NCBI GenBank assembly: GCA_017447775.1
Contig: JAFSMU010000025.1
Span: 158-64,157, forward strand
Direction: 5' to 3'
Origin: Clostridia bacterium
GTDB lineage: Bacteria > Bacillota > Clostridia > Oscillospirales > CAG-272
DNA length: 64,000 nucleotides
Shown piece after piece: positions 59,603-64,000 of this stretch. The translations under genes were made by a program, and so were the position numbers. The notes beneath the pieces are model-generated. The model was not told the origin of the DNA. It did no database searches and saw only the letters and a list, made by a program, of their open reading frames with translations. How positions within the stretch are numbered: position 1 is the first letter of the stretch; each line of letters opens with the position of its first letter.

Positions 59603-60328
59603 TTACCCGTCAGGCTCCCCTTTGGCGAGCGCAAGATCGAACATCTCGTCGTAATCAAACCCGATATGTGAGTGCCGCGTCGTCGTTTCGTCGTTCCACC
59701 GCCGTCCTATAAGCCATTTTGCGGGAGCGGGAACAAAGCGCCCTCCGTCGCGCCTCCATTCGTCCGTCCGCTTTTGCCGATTGACAGCCTCGATGATCTT
59801 TGACGCCGTATCACCGTCGTGACACACCTCCTCATACGCGTCCCGTGCCTCTCTCTGTCCCGTGTGCCTCGGGTAAGCGTTCCAGAACGCGTCAAATCCG
59901 CCCTGCGCGTCACAAGAGAGAGTTGTATTGTCTTGTCTTGATTCGTCTTGTCTTGTATTGTCTTGTCTTGGTTTGTCTTGTTTTGTTTTGTCTTGTTTTG
60001 AGTACGCAGGCTCCTCAAAAGGCACCCTTGCAGGTACCCTCATAGACTCCTCTGACGGCTCATATTCGCAAACATTTGTTCGCTCTTGCTTGCGCCTTTC
60101 TTCGATGCCGTACCGTGCGTATGCCGCGCCGTCGCGCGAGCGTTTCAGAATAGGGAAAATGAGCGTTGCCGCCATCTTTGCTATGCCGTGGAATTCTTCA
60201 GGCTCCGTGCCGTCTTTTGAATATTTCAGCATAGCGCGCAAAAGCGCCTTGCAGTCGTCGCCGCTCAAAAGTTCAAATGCGTCCCCCCAATCGTAGAAGA
60301 ACGCCATTGCTCTGTCTGTTTTTGCCAT
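59603..60328 (-). CDS. Phage-type replication initiator-like protein (DUF6291-like N-domain)
   Basis: N-terminus FFYDW..FELLS..D...LLRAMLKY...G.EP....AKMA; repetitive linker; C-terminus FDAFWNAYPR...W.RDGGRFVPAPAKWL..RRW.DE typical of phage replication proteins; GAGG RBS. Confidence 0.8.
   Translation of the reverse strand: MAKTDRAMAFFYDWGDAFELLSGDDCKALLRAMLKYSKDGTEPEEFHGIAKMAATLIFPILKRSRDGAAYARYGIEERRKQERTNVCEYEPSEESMRVPARVPFEEPAYSKQDKTKQDKPRQDNTRQDESRQDNTTLSCDAQGGFDAFWNAYPRHTGQREARDAYEEVCHDGDTASKIIEAVNRQKRTDEWRRDGGRFVPAPAKWLIGRRWNDETTTRHSHIGFDYDEMFDLALAKGEPDG
59923..60002. repeat. Tandem pentamer array (TTGTC)x16, degenerate, with 15-nt higher-order period
   Basis: ttgta ttgtc ttgtc ttgat tcgtc ttgtc ttgta ttgtc ttgtc ttggt ttgtc ttgtt ttgtt ttgtc ttgtt ttgag; encodes QDKTK-QDKPR-QDNTR-QDESR-QDNTT. 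Confidence 0.95.
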
Positions 60329-60388
60329 TTATTTAACCTCATTGTTTTTAGTTTTTTCACCGCGGTATACCGCGGATTTTATGCCTAT

Positions 60389-60417
60389 ATTATACCATAA
60401 AATCGGCAAAAAGTCAA
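60389..60417 (-). promoter_or_regulatory. Sigma-A promoter of the DUF6291-like gene
   Basis: TTGACT-17-TATAAT with TGn extension. Confidence 0.8.
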
Positions 60418-60425
60418 TATAAAAA

Positions 60426-60439
60426 CGAACATTTGTTCA
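60426..60439. promoter_or_regulatory. LexA (Cheo/SOS) box
   Basis: CGAACATTTGTTCA matches the Firmicutes GAAC-N4-GTTC consensus, 8 bp upstream of the -35. A second near-consensus box CGAACAAATGTTTG lies at 60069-60082 inside the gene. Confidence 0.75.
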
Positions 60440-60570
60440 GAGTCCATGCCGAGCGACGAGCCGAAACGGCGCGATTTTTTTTGCCGAAAAACCGTATTGT
60501 TATTGACTTATCCGCGATTTGCGCTATAATGAATTTATAAAGAAATAATCTATTTTAATGCGAGGTAGAT

Positions 60571-63500
60571 ATGCTTTACAAAAAGAAATTCGAAAAAGAT
60601 TTGTCGCGTGAGCTTTTTGAAAATCCCACGTCGGAATTTCGCGCAGCGCCGTTCTGGGCGTGGAACTGCGAGCTTGACGCAAAGCTTCTGAAAAAAGAGA
60701 TCGAATATATGAAAGAGATGGGCTTTGGCGGCTTCCACATGCACCCGCGCGTCGGAATGTCGACGGAGTATCTTTCCGATGAGTTTATGGCGCTTATCCG
60801 CGAGTGCGTGGAGAAGGCGAAAAGCGAGGATATGCTTGCGTATCTTTACGACGAGGACAAATGGCCCTCGGGCTTTGCGGGCGGCTACAACACAAAGAAT
60901 GTTGAAAACCGCCAAAAGATGCTCTTTTTCACATCCGAGCCGTACAACGACGGCACACTTACGGTGGATGATGACATCAAAAACTCCCGCTTAGACCTGC
61001 CGGAGTCAAAATATTATCTGCTTTCCTGCTATGACGTTGCGCTTGACGAGCGCGGCAATATGACGTCGTACCGCCGCATAGGACTTGACGAAAAAGCCGA
61101 GGGGCGCAAGTGGTTTGCGTATATGGAATACGCGACTCCGACGCCGTGGTTTAACGGCGAGGCTTACGCCGACACGCTCTCCGCCCCCGTTATCGAAAAC
61201 TTTGTAAAGATCACGCACGAGCGTTACAAGGAGTGCGTCGGCGACGAGTTTGACCGTGCCGTGCCGTCGATTTTCACCGACGAGCCGCAGTTCCGCCAGA
61301 AGCAGACGCTCAAAACCCCGTTTGACACGCGCGGCGCTGTCGTTCCGTTCACGTCCGACTTTGACATTACCTTCAAAAAAGCATACGGCTACTCCATTCT
61401 CGACACGCTCCCCGAGGTGTTCTTCGAGCGCGCTGACGGGATCGCTTCCCGCGCCCGCTACCACTTCCACGACCATATAGCCGAAAGGTTCGCCCACGCG
61501 TTTTCAGACACTGTCGGCAAGTGGTGCGAAAATAACGGCATCGCCCTTACCGGCCACATGATGCAGGAGCCGACGCTGTTGTCGCAGACGGCGTCCCTTG
61601 GCGACTGTATGCGCTCCTACCGCGGATTCACCATTCCCGGCATCGATATGCTTTGCGACAGGCTTGAACTTACGACGGCAAAACAGTGCCAGAGCGCCGT
61701 TCACCAATACGGCAGGGAAGGCATGATGAGCGAGCTTTACGGCGTTACGAACTGGGATTTTGACTTCAAGGGGCACAAACTGCAAGGCGACTGGCAGGCG
61801 GCGCTCGGCGTTACGCTGCGCGTGCCGCATCTTTTCTGGGTTTCGATGCGCGGCGAGGCAAAGCGCGATTATCCCGCGTCGATAGGATATCAGTCCCCGT
61901 GGTACAAGGAATACAAATATATAGAAGACCATTTTGCGAGAGTCAACACCGCGATGACGCGCGGCACGCCCGACGTGAAGATCGCCGTCGTTCACCCCGT
62001 TGAATCGTACTGGCTCCGCTTCGGCCCGACCTCGCAGACGACGCTGTGGCGCGAGGAGCTTGAAGTCCGCTTTGACGAAATGATAAAATGGCTGCTTTTT
62101 GCAACGCTTGACTTCGACTATATATGCGAATCGCTCCTGCCGTCGCAGTACGGCGGCGCTGACGGCGGATTTAATGTCGGCAAGATGAAATACGACGCCG
62201 TCGTCGTGCCGTCCCTTCACACGATAAGAAAGACGACGCTTGACGCGCTTGAACAGTTTGCAAACGCGGGCGGCAAGGTCATATTCATGGGCGGCGCGCC
62301 CGAATACGTCGACGCGCTCCCGTCGGACAGCGCGAAAAAGCTTGCCGAAAGATGCGAAAGCATCGAATGGTCGCGCTCGGCTCTCATCGGCTCGCTTGAA
62401 GGGCTTCGCACCGTTTCAGTCCGCGCACCGAGCGGGGAATTTTCGGACAACATCATCTATCAGTCGAGAAACGACGGCGCGCGCAAGTATATCTTCCTTT
62501 GCCACGCAAAAAAGCCGCGCAACGCGGACGTTGAAATGCCCGATCCGTTCACGGTCGGCATCGCGGGCGAGTGGAAAGTGACGCTGCTCGATACGCTGAC
62601 GGGCAAAAGAGTGCCGCTTGCGGCAAAGTACGTCGGCGGCCGCACCGAGATCTTCTGGGAATGCTGCGTGTACGACTCGATCTTGCTTGAACTCGAAGCG
62701 GGCAGGCGCGAGCTTGGCGAGTGCCTCGCATACCCGCGCTACGATAAGGAAACTTACGTTTTCGGCGGCGTAAAATACACCCTCTCCGAGCCGAACGTGC
62801 TTCTTCTCGATATGCCGCGCTATTCGCTGAACGGCGGGGAAGTTTGCGGCCCCGAGGAGATACTCCGCGCCGACGACAAGATACGCGACGCGCTCGGCAT
62901 ACGCCACCGCGACGGCGGAATGGTTCAGCCGTGGGTATCCGCCGCCGACAAAAACCCGAAAGATATCGTAACGCTGATCTACGATTTTGACTCCGACATC
63001 GAATACGACGGCGCGCGCCTCGCGCTTGAATCCGTCGAGTACGCGACGATAAAATTCAACGGAGAGGACGTAGATGCGACGCCGGACGGCTATTACGTCG
63101 ATATCGACTCGATCAAGACGGTGAAGATGCCAAAGATCAGAAAGGGCAAAAACGAGCTTTGCGTAACGTATCGCTTCGGGGACGTAACGCAGCTTGAATC
63201 GATGTACCTGCTCGGCAGCTTTGGCGTTGAAAGTATTGGCGAGGGCGCGAGAATAACGGCGCTGCCCGACGTTCTGTATTTCGGCGATATAACAAGGCAG
63301 GGACTGCCTTATTACGGCGGGAACGTGACGTATCACATAACGTACAAGGGGAAGGCGGGCGCTATCGCCGTGTCCAAATTCCGCGGCGCTCTGATAGCCG
63401 TCGACGTTGACGGGACGCGCGCGGGGATAATTTCGCCAACGCCGCACACACTGCCGCTTGACCTTGGCGACGGCGAGCATACGATCGACCTCACGCTGTT

Positions 63501-63654
63501 CGGCAACCGCTTCAACACATTCGGCGCGCTGCATAACGTGGATAAATTCCGCTGGGCAGGGCCGGGATGCTGGCGCTCAAAGGGAAATTATTTCACCTAC
63601 GAACATCTTGTGCGCGAAACGGGAATTCTGACCGCACCGAGAGTGCTTGAATGA
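60571..63654 (+). CDS. Large cytoplasmic glycoside hydrolase (GH106/alpha-L-rhamnosidase-like)
   Basis: PFWAWN, MGFGGFHMHPR.G, LYDEDKWPSG.AGG, FTDEP, PGID, SELYG, KRDYP; no signal peptide; promoter TTGACT-16-TATAAT at 60503-60530. Confidence 0.8.
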   Translation: MLYKKKFEKDLSRELFENPTSEFRAAPFWAWNCELDAKLLKKEIEYMKEMGFGGFHMHPRVGMSTEYLSDEFMALIRECVEKAKSEDMLAYLYDEDKWPSGFAGGYNTKNVENRQKMLFFTSEPYNDGTLTVDDDIKNSRLDLPESKYYLLSCYDVALDERGNMTSYRRIGLDEKAEGRKWFAYMEYATPTPWFNGEAYADTLSAPVIENFVKITHERYKECVGDEFDRAVPSIFTDEPQFRQKQTLKTPFDTRGAVVPFTSDFDITFKKAYGYSILDTLPEVFFERADGIASRARYHFHDHIAERFAHAFSDTVGKWCENNGIALTGHMMQEPTLLSQTASLGDCMRSYRGFTIPGIDMLCDRLELTTAKQCQSAVHQYGREGMMSELYGVTNWDFDFKGHKLQGDWQAALGVTLRVPHLFWVSMRGEAKRDYPASIGYQSPWYKEYKYIEDHFARVNTAMTRGTPDVKIAVVHPVESYWLRFGPTSQTTLWREELEVRFDEMIKWLLFATLDFDYICESLLPSQYGGADGGFNVGKMKYDAVVVPSLHTIRKTTLDALEQFANAGGKVIFMGGAPEYVDALPSDSAKKLAERCESIEWSRSALIGSLEGLRTVSVRAPSGEFSDNIIYQSRNDGARKYIFLCHAKKPRNADVEMPDPFTVGIAGEWKVTLLDTLTGKRVPLAAKYVGGRTEIFWECCVYDSILLELEAGRRELGECLAYPRYDKETYVFGGVKYTLSEPNVLLLDMPRYSLNGGEVCGPEEILRADDKIRDALGIRHRDGGMVQPWVSAADKNPKDIVTLIYDFDSDIEYDGARLALESVEYATIKFNGEDVDATPDGYYVDIDSIKTVKMPKIRKGKNELCVTYRFGDVTQLESMYLLGSFGVESIGEGARITALPDVLYFGDITRQGLPYYGGNVTYHITYKGKAGAIAVSKFRGALIAVDVDGTRAGIISPTPHTLPLDLGDGEHTIDLTLFGNRFNTFGALHNVDKFRWAGPGCWRSKGNYFTYEHLVRETGILTAPRVLE

Positions 63655-63659
63655 AAATG

Positions 63660-63685
63660 AAAACGGCGGGAAACCGCCGTTTTTT
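63660..63685 (+). terminator. Intrinsic terminator
   Basis: aaaacggcgg-gaaa-ccgccgtttttt. Confidence 0.9.
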
Positions 63686-63694
63686 GATGTAATC

Positions 63695-64000
63695 GAAAGC
63701 CGCTTCCGTCTCCGCCTGCGCTTCGCTTGCCCCATCGCTACGCTCTGCGGAAATTGCCGCTCTCCCAGCCCTTCGGGCGTGGGACATCCCACACGTCCGC
63801 TCGCAATGTTCGCACACCGCCCTCTTTGAGCGCCGCAGGCGCGAATTGAAATAGAGTCTGATGGTACGTTTGGGGAAGAGTAAAAATCGGTCAATATCTA
63901 AATAAATTAAAGCGTACCCTTCGCGGTTAGCGTAACCCTTTTTTTGCGTGCTTCTTTTGGTACTTTTCTTTCACGCCGGAAAGAAAAGTACACGCGTCCC
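63695..64000. repeat. Second copy of the dispersed intergenic element
   Basis: 63787-64000 aligns with 20545-20752 (atgttcgcacaccgcc...gcgcgaattgaaatagagtctgatggta...aataaattaaagcgtaccc.tcgcggttagcgtaaccctttt...gcgtgcttcttttggtactttt...aagaaaagtac); the left part differs. Confidence 0.9.

Noticed and set aside
59923-60002. Possible CRISPR array
   Set aside because: Pentamer tandem repeat without unique spacers, inside an ORF, and no cas genes in the window.
57247-63654. Prophage around the DUF6291-like gene
   Set aside because: Both neighbours are host genes and no other phage genes are present.

Overview
About 64 kb of mostly core chromosome from a GC-rich, spore-forming Clostridia-type (Bacillota) bacterium. 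Housekeeping blocks are ABC-F/oxidoreductase/cmk/plsC/ispH-rpsA, rsmA-murD, three M42 peptidases, rpmE, hflX-yigZ, dgt-dnaG-rpoD, tex, nrdR, dusB, ruvCAB, ecfA1A2T-truA and a Zn-finger Clp ATPase. Sporulation genes are spoIIGA-sigE, spoIIIAA-AH and a LysM-CAP coat protein; there are also tRNA-Gly(CCC), tRNA-Thr(CGT), several transporters, lipoproteins and a large glycoside hydrolase. No integrase, transposase, CRISPR array or rRNA was seen. The most unusual signals are: (1) a lone phage-type replication-initiator gene (DUF6291-like) with LexA/SOS boxes and an internal iteron-like pentamer array, with no prophage around it; (2) a family of modular, hairpin-ended intergenic elements, two of which share about 200 bp; (3) an internal promoter and RBS in the ispH-rpsA fusion that could yield free S1; (4) a catalytically dead middle gene in an M42 triplet; (5) a 1089-aa orphan solute-binding lipoprotein with a roughly 600-aa extension; (6) a degenerate prephenate-dehydratase-like gene leading ruvCAB; (7) a probable non-canonical ATC start for spoIIIAG; (8) an RsuA-GNAT fusion. 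All family calls come from motif recognition by eye; no database searches were run.
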